From the NCBI GenBank assembly GCA_028534125.1, contig CM052816.1, positions 31,312,001 through 31,376,000 on the forward strand: a stretch of DNA of 64,000 nucleotides, given 5' to 3'. Within the stretch, counting starts at the first letter, position 1. Each line of letters begins with the position of its first letter. This stretch comes from Lama glama. Its lineage: Eukaryota. The position numbers were made by a program, and so were the translations under genes. Of the stretch, positions 13,120 to 27,309 are shown piece after piece. The notes under the pieces were generated by a model. The model searched no databases. It worked only from the letters and a program-made list of their open reading frames with translations, and had not been told where the DNA came from.

Positions 13120-13832
13120 AATTTAGAATTCTGCCTATGCTCGGCAGGAGAGCTGATGCGTTCCTAACCTTTGTTTCTTGTTTGCTTTTATCACTGAATT
13201 TTTCTGAGTGGTTGAAGATGTGATGGCTTTACGTGCTATCAGAAAACATACCTCACAGGTTTCTTAATGAGGGGCATTTTGTTTCTTTTTTGAGTGATAC
13301 ACATAGAGACACAAAGAAACTGTGAGACTCAGATCTCCTGAATGTAATTTTGAGCACTGGTGTAAGCCTGCGTCAGTAGTCTGAGGGACATCCCTGTAGC
13401 AGCTCAAGGAGATGGTCATCTGCTTAACATAATTATGTTGGCCCATCATATGCTACAGTGGTATGTATAGTATTCATCTAAAAGTGCAGCCAGAAAAACC
13501 CCTTGCACGTGAAGGGTAGAAATATTTGAGAACTGGAAAGAAATCTAATGCAACCAATGACTAATTAGCCTTCAATCCCAAGAGCCCTCCTAGGCATGTC
13601 ACAACGAGAAGAAAAAGTGTCATTACAGCGATATATCACTGTGATGCACCTTTCAGCAAATGAAAGTATAATCAGAATGAGTTTATGAAGGATTCATCTA
13701 ACTGATATTTAGAAAATAACGCTAGCATGGAATCACAAAGATGACATGTACTTGAGTGAACATGCTGCCAAACAAATCTTTTGATAAAAGAGGAAACTGA
13801 GGCAGGTGAGGTTAAGGTTAAAACTGTACCTG

Positions 13833-14016
13833 AGCGGTGTTCTACCAGTGCAGATTCACACAGCCCCTGGGGAGTTGATACTGATTTCACAAGCTGATTG
13901 GCAGATTAAATCAGCCACGTGGGAATATTCATGCTGTTGAAATCTGCCAATACTACAAATCAAAGTCGTTCTCTTCCTCAAGAGAATCTATTAAACATTT
14001 GACAGCGTGTCACTGT
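13833..14016 (+). mobile_element. MER63-like hAT element
   Basis: aatcagccacgtgggaatattcatgc...tacaaatcaaag...ttaaacatttgacagcgtgtcactg. Confidence 0.55.
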
Positions 14017-14629
14017 ATCAAACGCTATTCAGTCAACTCAAAGACAGAGCTTGCCTGGACTTTTTAAATATATGTTTTTCCCCTTTCATTGTTACTGGAC
14101 TAATAAGTTTTTAAGTCACTTTTGCATATGTAGAAAAATGTTACTGTCACTTCAGAGAAATCCCTTAAAGTGAGACAGGGATATTACTTCTCCCCTCCCC
14201 ATTTCAGAGGTGGGGACATGTAGGCAGATGTAGATAAAGTAGTTTACCCAAGGACACACTGCTGGGTAATGGAAAAACCAAAACAGACGTTGGTTCTGCC
14301 CAGGACACTTTGGACCTTTGGCAGAAGAGACAAACTATTAAGCAGGGACAGAGAGTTAACAATGTGGCCAACACAATGTTGATTCTGTGGCTTTCCTGTC
14401 TGAGATATGTCAAGCTGACTTCATAGTTAAAAAAAAAAAATACTCACCAGGTACTCAGGCTGAATGAGACAGTAGAGTCGAATTTTCCCCAAGTGGACCC
14501 ACTTAACTGTTCTGCCACAGCGAAGGTTGAGAATGAACTGTGCTTTGCTCCTGCATGTTTGACAGCGCACAGGTTATAGCCTTGGGACTGTGTTCGTAGT
14601 TACACCCCATGGCACCACAGCAGTATTCC

Positions 14630-15145
14630 AGGTTGTTTTGATTAGGACTTACTCTGATGCAAGTAACAAAATGTGACCCATTGAGACTTGAGAAAAGCAA
14701 GCTCATGTAACTGTAAAGTGCAGGGGATCCCCAGACAAGGGTGGGTAAAGGGGCTCAAACAGCTTTTTAGTACTCTTACCTTGCCCTCTGCATTTCTTGC
14801 GTCTGAAGACTACCCTAGTGGTGTGAGGTGATTCCCAGCATCTCCAGGCTTGCAATTTCAGTGTTGGCAGTCTTTCTATAGAAGTGGAGGGATTTAGCTC
14901 TGTGGGCTCTGATTGCATCGTATGCCCATCCCTGACCCATTCACTGTGGGCCACAGGGTATGAGCTCGGCCCTGGCCCGAGGCATTGGTTTGCCTCTGGA
15001 GTCAGAGGTGGGAGTAGTTCCACAAAATCAAATGAATTGCCATGGGAGGTCAGGTCGCTAAGGGAAATCAGAATTCTGTCATGAGAAGCAAGGGGAAGGG
15101 GGAGACTAGATGCTATGCAGACAAAATCAACAAATTTTTACTACA
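14630..15145 (-). mobile_element. MLT1K/L-like MaLR LTR
   Basis: gattaggacttactctgatgcaagtaacaaaa...gctcatgtaactgtaaagt...tgcccatccctgacccattcactgtgggcca. Confidence 0.7.
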
Positions 15146-16055
15146 TGGGGGTTTAATAGCTGTTTGTTGAATTAATGAATGAAGGAGTGAGTGAATCATC
15201 GCATGTAAATCACCATCACCTTTTTACCGCTGGTAATATCATTTTAAACAATTTAATGCTAGTTGTTTTTCTTTTATTTACCAATGAAACTTATAACACA
15301 CCCAAAGAGGAATTTACAGACAGAATCGTGGGTGTGCCCCCAGGAAACTTCCAATATGTGAATATCCTCCATCAAGTCTAACCCATGAACAAATTTTTTC
15401 TACCAGAATTACAGCTCTACTTGATAGGAAGCAAGTGTGCTTTCTCCATTGTCCCAGAATCTAGCTAAATCCTAAGGTTGAAAACAAAAGGTGTCAAATA
15501 CCCTCATATGCTAAAGTGAACAAAGTCACTGAGAGGAGGGGTCAGAAGTTTCCCTTCATGAGTTATTAGGAGTGGGCGGACCCCACTCTTCTAGCAATAA
15601 GCCTGTTCCATCACCCCTCCCCGGCCCTTGTGAGGTAAGGCTGAGGAGCTGGCGTCTTTGTATTGCCACTGTCAGTTACTCAGACCCTCTCTCAGTGTTC
15701 ATTCCTAAATCTGTACGACTGCATAAGTCTGTTGGAACCACATCTGGTTCCCACTGTGGCCATACCCCCTGTATCTCCTGCCCCTCCACCCTATTTCCAC
15801 CCCTCTACCCCAGCTGAGCCAGATTTTCCATTCAGATCTTAGGCCTCCCTGTGCTGTGGCTAAATACCTTTCCTTCCTCACTGCCTTCGGTCTCCTGTCT
15901 ACGCTGCAGTCTGCCCGAGTACTCTGCCTTCTGAGGGTAAGAGCAGCTCCTCTCCTGAGGCCCAGCTGATTCACCAATTCTTCCAGAATTTCCCCAGTGA
16001 GAGGGAATCTCCATCTCTGGGCTTCCAGAGAATTTGATTTTCACTTTCTTGTAGC

Positions 16056-16507
16056 TGTGAAATAAAATTCATATTTTATGGCGAGACAAGAAAAAATTTA
16101 AACATAAAAAATTTTCTCTGCCCTTTGGCCTCCTCTCTTCCCGCTGCTGTGCATTGTGTATCTGCATTGTGCATCTCCCAAACCTCCCCCATTGGCAGAA
16201 ATGCCGGCTCAGCCATCAAGAGCAACATTCCCCTCACATCAAGACAAGTCCTTAAAAGATAACATTTCCTCTTGATCTCATAAGGGGCCATGACGAGGCT
16301 TGGCTCTGGACTGTGTACACTGTCCTTAATATATCATTTAATGTACAGCCCTTTGTCTCAAAAAAAACTCATTGCTTTTGACTTCAAACAGGCGGAACAT
16401 TTCTAAGAGCTTTCTGAGACGTTCTTCCCAGGTTATAATCCTCAAATTTGTCTCAAATAAGATTTTCAGTTTCTTTCTTAGATTGACTGATTAATTTTTC
16501 ATCGACA
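16056..16507 (+). mobile_element. ERV1-class solo LTR inserted into an L2 3' end
   Basis: TG...CA termini; 4-bp TSD tagc/cagc; L2 sequence resumes after it. Confidence 0.7.
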
Positions 16508-17485
16508 CAGCATTTATCACATTCTGCTCTAGGTTACAGGAATTTGTTTGTATTCGTTCTACTACTGGATAACAGACTTTTGAGGCACTGGACAGAGCAC
16601 CCTTCAGTGGGCCCAGCTAATTCCTATTGTACTGAGTTGTAGACAATTTTTTTTTTATACAGAATATAATTTGTGTCTTATTTTTGCTACTTTACATAAA
16701 TCAGAAAGAATATGGGCCACTGATTTTTTTTTTTTTTGGTTGTGTCTGTCTTTGAGTTCCCCTGCCTCAGGGGATAAAGCAGTGACTTCAGGACAAACAC
16801 TCCTGACCTTTTTTTTTTCCCCCCAAAAAGCCTAAACTGATTGAAGAGATTATGATAAGTGTTCAGGAGTTGGGTAAGGTGAGGACTGTGGATGGTAGCT
16901 GGATGGAAAACAACACGCTTCCTTTGGAAGGACTTGTGCCCCATCCCCTGGAAGTATTTTGAAAAGCAAGGATTTACGGTGCACCCCAAAAGGCTGGACT
17001 CTGAGAACGAGAGCCTTCAGCCTTGACACAGAGCAGGACATTTCCAGAGACCACACAGACTTAAGCAATAAGCCTATCAGGGATGACAAAGATAAACTGA
17101 AGCCTGATATTTACTTTCTCAGCATCACGTAAGCTTCCTGAACTCTTGTGTAATCCTGAGTGGAGGAAGGAACAGCCTCCAATAAAAGCCTAAAAGTGTA
17201 TTTCCCACCAGCCTGGTAAAATACTAACCAAGAGCTGGAATTAATTTGATTCACAGAAAAATAAAGTAATGCAGCTTTCAGTACTGAATTAGAGCCTAGC
17301 TGCTGCGAACAGAATGCTGAGTCAAAGGGACATTCTTTCAAGCTGGGTCCAGATTCATAGACTTGCAGTCCACTGGACCCTGGGGCAAGAGTCTGCTGAC
17401 TGGATTTCTTACTCAGAAAAGGTTCTAATCATAAGCAAAAGAGCACAGTCTAAGAACAGAAGGCACTGTCATCCAGGGATCTGGT

Positions 17486-18048
17486 TGTTGCAGAAAAAAT
17501 GTGTTACAGCTCAGTGTTACAGCTCAGCGTTACAGCTCAGTTGTGACAGCAACCTGGATCCGGGCAAGAGACCAAGCAGCACTTGGAGAGTTGGCGAACT
17601 CAGGTTTATTACGCCAGCAGGCCCAGGGGAGTTAACACTCCAAGCTCTGGACCCCGTCTGTAGGTTTACACAGGCTTTTATAGGCTGCCAGTTTACACTT
17701 TGCAAAATCATATGTAAATAAAGTAGAACAAAAGTTGACTAATTAGGAACAAGCTTTGTAGAAATGGACCAACTTCGGGGGGAGAGAAATAACCAATCAG
17801 GAGTGAGGGAAATGGACCAATCAGGAGTGAGCCCACTTTCCTAGAAGTTAGCCCTTTCAGAGGCAAAAAGTAAGATAAAGTCGCTGGGCCAGGTAAGCAG
17901 ATGCTGCTGGCAGGAGAGTAGTGGCCCTGCCTGGGGATCCTGCTGGTCTTTTTTGTGGGGCTTCCCACCTCAAAGTGAGCCCTGAGAGATGCATTTTGTT
18001 TTGCCTTCTTCTGAAAATGTGCACTTCCCCATGCTGGCAGCTTATACA
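17486..18048 (-). mobile_element. ERV solo LTR
   Basis: Minus-strand TATAAAA (~17676-17682) and AATAAA (~17605-17610); repeated accaatcaggagtgag; 13-bp tandem tgttacagctcag x3 near the U5 end. Confidence 0.75.
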
Positions 18049-20287
18049 ATAGTCATGACCTGGCAGATGACAGGCACTTGTCAGAGGTTCAAAATGCAAA
18101 TCATCATCAGCAGGTACAGTAGTTAACTACCACCCGTAGACGTGTGTCAATCATGGAAGCCGTCAAATCTTTGTGAGGTAGAGAAGATGAGTAAGTGTAA
18201 TGGGATGCCCTGGTAATTTTTAGAAACTCTGAGGACAATAGGAAATTGGGGGGAAATGTGATTTTAAAATTATTAGATCTTTCCAAATATACTTCTGCGA
18301 AAGACTAACTTTTGGTTCTTGGAAAGTATTTTCAGACAGTCTTTTAATAACAAATATAATCAAAGAATGAATGAGCCCCCACACCTTTGCTTTTGGGAAA
18401 ACTGTGATGTTATCATTTCTCTCTATACAGGTGTTGAGATAAATAAGCTAAATGCTCCGGGGGATCATATGAATTCAGTCTATGTCTCTGCAGACTTTGT
18501 TGTTACTTTGGAGTAAATGGATCTTTTCTCTGTGTTGACAGTGTGTCAACCTGGGGCCTGCAGGAGACGAGCTGGAGAGACAAGACGGCCTCACGGTCAC
18601 GGTCATCTCACTCTGCGGGAGATGGTGGAAAGGAACTAGACTGGCTGGGAGCCATTCTGCAGGCATCCCTGTCAAGATGGAATACACCAGACTTTGGCAA
18701 GGTAGTTCTGTTGGACTGTTTTCTGTTGGGAATGTCCTGCTGGAGCCAGAGGCCAGGTCATGTCCGGAGGCAGAGGTGGGGGACAGGGTGGGACAGGTTT
18801 TTCCTGAATGGAGTGTCTGTTTTCTCTCAGTCATTCCAGGAAGAGGCAGGTTCTGGCTGAGGGAAAGAGAAGGTGAGCCACAGGCTAGAAGGGGGTGAGA
18901 AATTCCTTCTTCTTCCCCAGCAGAAGAGTGTAACATATGGTTTTAGTCTGGCCACTTTTGTAGGAGGCAGGGCTGCTCCCTCCAGGTGGAGGCAGGAGGC
19001 CACCCTTTAAGGAAGCTCAGAGCAGGTCTGAGCCTGGGGTCTTGGGAAACACCTCTAGCAGTACCACGAGGCTCTGTATTATACACAGTTCATTTCATTG
19101 TGCGCAAGCCCTCAGCGATGTCTTGTTCATTTTAATTTAGTCTTTGCAGGGCCGTGAAGGATCAAGGGAAGATTTGAGTTGAATCTGCAAAGGGGCTGTG
19201 GTGTCCTCTCCCTGAGGCCAGAGTTGGGGCTGCAGTGGTGGGCCCAAGGCCAGAAATCTTCAAGAATCATTGGCATTATCAGTAGGCGAGGCAGCATGGA
19301 GGAACAAAGGGAGCTGTTGTCGAACACACACAAGACAGCATCCTACGTGTTCTCAAGAATACCCCTGTGTCTCTTGGCCAGGACTAGGGTCCAAAATCAT
19401 ACTGGTGGGGCCAGGAAGCTTCATCATGAATATATGTAATAGAAACGTGATGATCTATGGTTACAGTTGCAGGCTGGTGAGAGATTTTTTGGACCTAATG
19501 CGTGAGCAGCAGCAGGCCAAGCATGTCTCATTTATGCCCTTGAGTCTTGCTTTTCCATGAGACTCTTCCACTCCAATTTCTGCTGCCACCCCCTAGCCTG
19601 GTCCCAGGGAATGCTGCTCCCTCTTCAACACTTTGGCCTGCACGAGGATAAAGCTACTTTCCTTAAATCTCTTGAACATGGTGCTATCGCAATACTAAAA
19701 GAAGTTAACTGATACTAAAATGAATAAATTTAAATTTTTACCTTAAAAAAGATCTGTAAACCAATATTTAATTCTAATTAATTACAATTAGGCTAAATTG
19801 TTTTAGGCACTATATTTGTAATTGTTTGTAATCAAATATTGGCAAAAAATACTTCATTAAAAAAAATTGCGTACAATACAAGGTTTTTCAATAGGAATAT
19901 CCAGTTCCTACCACAACTTCACTTTGGGGCTTTGGCAATTTCATTGACATCGCCTCTGAAATCTTTTTTGCTACATTTCAGCCTAGCCCCATGGACAAAG
20001 CACATCATATTCTCTCCCATAGAGCAGTGGAGTCCTGAATGCTTTATTCTGTTTTTCACCCTAGTTAGCCACCTTGGTGCCCACCTCAACCCCTTCCTTA
20101 TTTCCATGTTGACAGACAGACCTTCTTCAGAGCTGATCAGCAATCCAGAGTAGACGGACACAGGAATGGACCCACAATATAGACCCACAATAGCATAAGC
20201 AATGACCTAATTGTAGCATATTCTTACAACAGCACTTATACACATTTATTAAGAGGAAGACAATTTCTCTTATACCCAGCTACTCTG

Positions 20288-20776
20288 TGTGGCAGATTAT
20301 ATTTTCCAGAATGGCTACAGCACTACCTCTGGGTCCACTTGAGCTTCCAGAACCTATTCCTATTTCCCTCCCCAAACCTGGTTCGGTGAGTACAATGTTG
20401 CAGAAGTAATGCTGCATGATTTCCAAGGCTAGACTACCACTTTCGACCTTTTCTCAGTCTCTCTCTCTCAGCATGCTCACTCTTGGAATCCAGCCACCAT
20501 GCTTCAAGGAAGCCCAAACCAGCTCATGCAGAAAGATCACATGGAGAGGACCATGAGAACAGGGATTGAGGTCTTTAGCCAACAGCTAGCAAAAAATGCC
20601 AACCATGTGAGTAAACGAGCTTTCAGAGAATTCCAGATATCATTGAGTAAAGAAAAGCCATCTCCTCTGTGCCTTGTTTGGGTTTATGATCCTCATAATT
20701 ACGACTATAACAAATGGTTGCTTTACATTACATTTTGGAGTAATTTGTTACCCAAGTCATAATAATAGGGATGCAC
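20288..20776 (+). mobile_element. MLT1G/H-like MaLR LTR
   Basis: tgtggcagattatattttccagaatggc...cagccaccatgcttcaaggaagccc...ttttggagtaatttgttac. Confidence 0.8.
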
Positions 20777-20858
20777 TGGTAGATTAGAGATACAGGTATC
20801 AGCTGAATCCATTTTCACCGTCTTGATGGAGCTTACACTCCCATATTTCTGAGATTCC

Positions 20859-21298
20859 TGTTACCTACCTGGGTTCTTGGACTCCTTAATCAATAGAAAT
20901 TGATAAGAGGCCAAATGAGAAATTCAGACAAGGCTTAACTGGGACTCGTGCTGCAGCATGAGTGAGTGAAAACAAGTAACAGGTTCCCTGGCTCCCTCCC
21001 TGACCAGGGTGAGGGTAGAGGTGGATCAGAGGCTCGGGCAAGAGGGGTGGCTTAGGTGGTCTGCCCCCTACCAGGCAGTGCTGTGGGCAGGGATCATGCA
21101 CAGCACCCTACTTTTGCTCCTGGCACCTCAGAAGTTGCAGTTGGGTTTCAATCTTTTGGATCTTATTATTCATAATTTGCCCCATGCAGTTATTTTTAGT
21201 CCCTTATAGTTTCTGGGTATGTTGTTCTCGAAAAGATGTTTGTCCAGGTGCAAGTATTGCAGTAAAGGGTCCCAGGTCCCAGGTTCCAGCCTGTCTCA
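20859..21298 (-). mobile_element. ERV1-class solo LTR
   Basis: tgttacc...tgtctca termini; 4-bp TSD ttcc/ttgc; U5-like gggttcttggactcc. Confidence 0.7.
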
Positions 21299-22559
21299 TT
21301 GCCTTCATAGCTGCACACACAGTGGGAATTTCAGGGAGCCTGAGTTTGGAACAAGTTGAAGGATATTCTTAGGAATCAGATGTATAGAGCAGAAGGTACT
21401 AACTTTGTTACTGACAATGTTGGTTGGCCCGTATGACTTCAGGATTGTAGCCAAGCATCTTAGCTAAAATTTCATTCCTTGATTAGACTTAGTCTCTCAT
21501 CTAGGCACTTGCTCAGCTGGAAAACTTCAAGCCTCCTCCCCAACTCCCTTCCCTTCACACACACCTTTCCCCAGGAGCAGCACGCTTGCTGCAAAGCTGG
21601 GAGTAGTCAAACACCGAGGAAAGGGCTAAGTGCGCATGCTCAGTCCCTTTTCCCAAACTCTGATCAGATGACTCCCCCCTCCTCCCAGCAGAATGAGGGG
21701 TGGGGAGAGGCACACCTACCATTAGAGAAGCTGAGCAGCTTCTGCATGGAAACGTGAATGTCATACCTCTCATTGTATTATTATTAAAGGTTTATTATGT
21801 TTCTTTAATGTTTTTCTACTATAGGCTTGTCCTAAGCAAAAATTCCCATGAAATCAGGGGTTTGATTTAATTATACATTTTTTCTGATATACATTAAAAT
21901 AAGTACTATATTAATCAACTATTAAAAATTGCTTGTCCATGAACCATTTAAAATACTTTCATATATATCAGCAGATGTATATCACACTTGGGGAAATCAT
22001 GCCATGAGATACTGATGTGATGATGTCACCCTACAAAAGGAGTAAGCCCCTACTCAGGCAGTTATGCGATTCAATGTTTGGCCAAAGGCAAATATATAAG
22101 ACATGAAAGTTGATACTCAATGAAAAAAGAAGTTAGGGAAGATTACTTTTGAGTTTTTTTCAACAGTTTAATCCATAGAATGGTAGCAGAGGATTCATGA
22201 AACAGGAACTAGAAATCATATGACTTTAATATGGAGTCTCCTGATTCTTCTCCTAATTCCAGCATTGTGGGCATGATTCAGAATGACCCTACATTGTTCT
22301 AGATTCTGAATCTTAGTATCTGAACCTTTTGAAGCAAAACTGATTGTGTCACATGTGCTCTCCTCAACCTTGGTGACAACAGGTGCTGCTGTTTCTTTCT
22401 CCCCCTTCTTCCTTTCCTTGCTCCCAGAGCCCACTGCAGAGAAGTCAGGGCTGTGCCAGCCTAGGCTGCAGTCATGGAACCATAGCAGGATGGTGGTTAG
22501 AGCGTTCTTGGTGGCCAAGTTGTCTCTTAGGTCTGTTTCCATATGTGATTTTAATGTTA

Positions 22560-23297
22560 ATTTTTTAAGTTGAGGTACAGTTGATGTGTAATGTTGTATG
22601 AGTTTCAGGTGTACAACAGTGATTCACAAATTTTAAATGTTATACTCCATTTATAGTTATTATAAACTATTGGCTCTATTTCCTGTGCTGTACAATATTT
22701 CTTGTAGCTTAGGTATTTTATGCACAGTTGTTTGTACCTCTTAATCCCCTAACTCCTATCTTGTCCCTCCCTCTTCTGTCTCCTCACTGGTAACCACTAC
22801 TTCATTCTCTACATCTGTGAGTCTGTTTTGTTGCATTCACTAGTTTGTTGTATTTTTTTAGATTCTGCATATAAGTGATATCCTGCAGTATTTGTCTTTC
22901 TTTGTCTGACTTATTTCACTAAGCACAGTACCCTCCAAGTCTATCCATGTTGCTGCAAATAGCAAAATTTTCTTCTTTTTCCAATGTTTGTGTGTGTGTG
23001 CGTGTGTGTGTGTGTATGCCACCTCTTCTTTATCCATTAATCTGTTGATGGACACTTAGGTTGCTTTTATATCTTGGCTATTGTAAATGATGCTGCTATG
23101 TACACTGGGGTACATATGCCTTTTTGAATTAGTGTTTTCATCTTCCTTGGATCTATACCCAGTAGTGGAATTGCTGGATCATATGGTAGCTCTGTTTTTA
23201 GTATTTTGAGGAACCTCCATACTATTGTCTACAGTGGCTGCATGAGTTTACATTCCCACCAACAGTGTACAAGGGTTCCCTTTTCTCCACATCCTCA
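22560..23297 (-). mobile_element. L1 3' fragment (ORF2 end + 3' UTR)
   Basis: ORF 22858..23055 (FAATWIDLEGTVLSEISQ) is L1 ORF2-end-like; T-rich tail at left. Confidence 0.92.
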
Positions 23298-24369
23298 ATA
23301 TAAATTTAAAGGAGAAAAACATCACCTTTCAACCTGAGACTCAGGACTGCAATTTCTTTCCCATTTTGGTTCCAATTGATTCATTACAACCTCTTCTCCA
23401 AACACCACCCTCGAAAAGAAAAAGAGGGTGAGCTCTGGAAGCCAGCCAAGCCATAGAAGTAAGAAACAATGACAGCAGGAGTGGGAAATGCCCTCTTTTA
23501 CCACTGACCTTTCTTCACCATGAGAGGCCTACTCAACTGAAGGTTAGATGATTGTCTCCTGGGGACGTTTCAAGGAAAGAACAGAAACACTTATGAAAGA
23601 TCAGCCAGCTAAAGCAACTGTGAAAACAGGAAATTACCTTCGAAATTTGGGCCACTATGCCCTCTTTCCAATATGACCAAAGATACTTTTAAAAGTCAAA
23701 AACTATTTTCCCTTTATGAAAAGGAGGAGCTGCAGAGACTACAAACACATTTATAGGATGATAGGCTCTGAACTACCAATTCAATGCAACAAAGGAGACA
23801 GTGGAACTCATGAGCTATTGTGCTCAACAGACCAGAAAAATATCGGGGATCCTCAGAGTGTTGGAAGCAAGGCAGAAGACACTTTATTTCCAAAGTACAA
23901 AACTTAGGGTGGAAGGCAGAGCACCACAAATTAAGGCAGAAACTCTGGAGTTAGAGAAGATGCAGAGGGGGCACGTGAGATGACAGATGAGTGGTGGGAA
24001 GAGAGACAGAAAAATTCTTATAGGGAGGAACCCTAACACAAGGGGATGTGACTAAGGTAGCTAAAACCTTTAAGAGAGGCCCAGGCTTGGTGCCCACTGA
24101 GTCTCAGAACACTTCCACAAAGGGCTATTCCAAAAGCACTACTGAGCTAAGGTAACAGTTAATATTAGGGAATATTATCTACCACTATGTTGTCTTACTT
24201 ATGGAGTTCATTACTCCAAGATGTAGCCCAAACTAAAATAAATAAATATTCTAAGGAAAAAAATGTCAAAAACTAAGTAGCAGCAGCTAGAATAAATGGT
24301 ATGTAGTTGCCATATCCTCTTTTTCACTACACACCCACCTGGGTGTGAGGCCGCTGTGGGAAGGATGGA

Positions 24370-24562
24370 TTATACAGTAGTCAGTGTTAGAGTCAACTGG
24401 GGAAGCTGGTTTAAAAATGTAGTCTCTGGACCCAACTCTAGATAGTCTAACTCTTCGGATCTGGAGTGAGGACCAGAAATCTACACTTTTAACAACTTTC
24501 CCCAGAAACCCAGGGCGTTCTGATGCAGAAGGTCTACAGAACACACTTGAAGAAATACCACT
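24370..24562. mobile_element. MER5-family hAT MITE
   Basis: ttagagtcaactggggaagctggtttaaaaatg...cacacttgaagaaataccact. Confidence 0.7.
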
Positions 24563-26239
24563 CATTACTGTTATTAGGACTTCCTTCTGCTACAGTGCAT
24601 ATGCCTAACTATTTCTTGGTAACTCTTTTCATTTTAGTCTGTTTCTCCTTTGACTTTCTCTATCACAGTCCTGTTCTAAGAGGGATAGAAACTGTACTCC
24701 ACCAAGGGATCTGGCTTCTGACCTCACTGAGTTACCAGCTTGTATGGGATATCAGGCTTCTAACTTCTTTGGGCCTTGGCTTCCTCATCTTTCAATTAAA
24801 GGAACTTTTAAATACTGAGCTCCATAGAACCTTAGGATACTTGGATTTTCCCCAGACCCAAAGATTTAATGAGGAGTGAAAGATAGATTAATAGTCTGGC
24901 ATTAAGCCACTGCCTCCTAACCCCCAACTCCTTGGCTTTGAAATTTTACTTTATACCTTGGAATTCCAAAAAATGATTTTATTTGGGCAGGGGAGAGACC
25001 TTATTGCTGATTTTTTTTAATCCTCAGTATTTAATAAGGTCTTTAAAAGAGTCCCTTGATCTTTAGTGTCTATGATACCAGAGATCCTGGATGGAATCCC
25101 TGGCACAAGTCCTTCTTGGTGGTTTTTTCTGCCCCATCTCATGCCCAGTCAATAGGAGCTAGTTTTATTAAGCTGGAGAAGAAAGATTCACTTCTGGGAA
25201 GCATGTGGTATTAAGAACCAGAGGTGTGAGTGGATGACATGGGCATTGTGACAACCAGTGCTCACCAGGGGATCAACTCAAGAGTCATTTAACCCTAATT
25301 ATCAGAGAAGGACAATGCCCCTCCCTCCACTCCTGCTGGGTCTCCATCAGAGTTCCTGCTTCCTCTCCACATTACCCCTCTCACAGTGATGTCCTTGGTA
25401 AACTATCTACAAGTTGTGTGGGAAGAGACAATAGACTGTCCAGTGGATACCTAGAGCATTTAAAAGGTACAGTTCCACTCAGAGAGACATCAAATCATTT
25501 CAAGACAAGATAAGATGATTCCACTGAGTTCTTTCTCTCTGTTCAAGGGCAGTAATGCTATCACCCCAGCAGGAAGAGCCTTGGACCGGCAGCAAACAAG
25601 GGAGACATCCTCCCAGGCTGGGCAACGGTGGCCATGTTCAGCCATGGAAATGTGTTCTCTGGAAAGAGTGGGCACCAGCTACTTGGCAGGAGCAGCGAAA
25701 GTTCTTCCTTTGGCCAGAAGGATTGAGGTACCAAAGGCATTAATAACTTCCATTAACTGAAGAATCAAGAGGTATCCTTCCTATGCATGTGTACAAATAA
25801 GGAAAGTACAGTACAAAGAAATACTTGCCCTCTCTGAACATGTTGGAAGACACCAATGGCACCTGCCCTAGTTTGCCAGCATCGTCACCTGCTGGGAAGG
25901 GCTGTCCTCCACAACAAACACCTTGTCTACAGAACTATATAATACAGCGTGGCAGCCACAAGTACTTATATGACCTTAGACTAACTTGTCCCATACCAGT
26001 CTAATTATCTCCTGGCCAGTAGGACATATATCATCACTGGCAACCCCTAAGTTGGCTGTTTGATTGTCACCAGTAGGAAAAAATAAAAGCTACCCATATG
26101 TATAAAACCTGTTTAATGTAACTAATACTTTATCTGTGATGTGGTAAAATTTGCCCAAATTTCAGGAAATCCTTTCAGGAAACTAAACTTTAAATTAGTT
26201 GCAGAAAGAAAGCCTTCTTTGGCAAAACCCAATTCAATA

Positions 26240-27080
26240 AATGAATTCATTTATTTATTCATTCAACAGACATCTACTGGTCCCTCCTAAGGTGCCAGAC
26301 CTGTGTGAGAAGTTGCAGAAAACCCAAGTAGGACACAGCCACCATCCTGAACAGAAGTATATGACACACACACACATGATAAATATCAAACTAATAAAAA
26401 CAATGATAAATGTTATGAAAAAAACAACCCAGAACTGTGGAAGCTGAGAATGAGAAACTCCCCTGCTTAAAGGATGGGGAGGATTTTCACCAGTAGACAT
26501 GGAAGATAGTATATTGTAGGAAGAAGGAAAGTCTCATGAAAGCCAAGGCTCACTTCTGTGTCACATACACTTAAGGGGGCTTTACTATTTAGGAAAATTT
26601 TGAATCCAGTTTGACCAGAGGGCAGGGTAGAAGTGGAAGCCTGAGGGGAAAAGCAGGGGGCCAAGACTGAAGACTTTGGGCTTAATTCTGAAAGCAATGT
26701 AGAGTGATCCAAATTAGAAGAATTATGTGATCAGAGCTCGGTTTTAGAAAATTTTACCTGGTTCTTGGTGTGAACTGGGTTGGGGAAAAGAGAGAAGTCA
26801 GGACAAGAAGGTCATTTTAGAGGACTCTGCAGGAGTTTTGACTGGGAGATCTGGATTAGGTGTTGGCAGTTGAAAGGATAGGAGGCAAGGAAGAGACAAA
26901 CCATTGGCCAGGCTGAATCCCCAGGACTTGGTCATGGATTGGCCGTAGGGAGCCAGTAATGAAAGATGGCTCTGACGTCTCCACCAGGCTCCAGGGAGAA
27001 GGGATGACGTGTACTTACACAGACAAGTCAGGAAGAAATGTATCTTGTAAAGATAAAAATTGTTTGATTTTTGGATAGTT
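26240..27080 (-). mobile_element. L2 LINE fragments
   Basis: ttcatttatttattcattcaacagacatctactg...aggtgccagacctgtg, followed by purine-rich antisense L2 body. Confidence 0.7.
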
Positions 27081-27309
27081 TCACAGAGACATGGAATTTA
27101 TGAGCTAATCTGCTTTATATGAATTCTCTTATCAAACTGAATTGCACTGCTATCAATAGAGCACAGCCTGAAAGGAAACATGAGCAAGGTGGGGCAAAGA
27201 AAACGAATACAGTCAGTAAAGGGATGGAAGATGCTTTACAGGGACAGCAATTCTGTGTGAATTGCCAAGACAGCAATGTATAGACTCTGTTTTTTTCATT
27301 GTATTCATA

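Noticed and set aside
17502..17545. Short direct repeats resembling a CRISPR array
   Set aside because: Spacer-less 13-bp tandem inside an LTR in a mammalian genome.
18475..18936. 153-aa minus-strand ORF with overlapping ORFs
   Set aside because: No recognisable homology or splice structure; GC-rich, probably an old LTR remnant I could not name.
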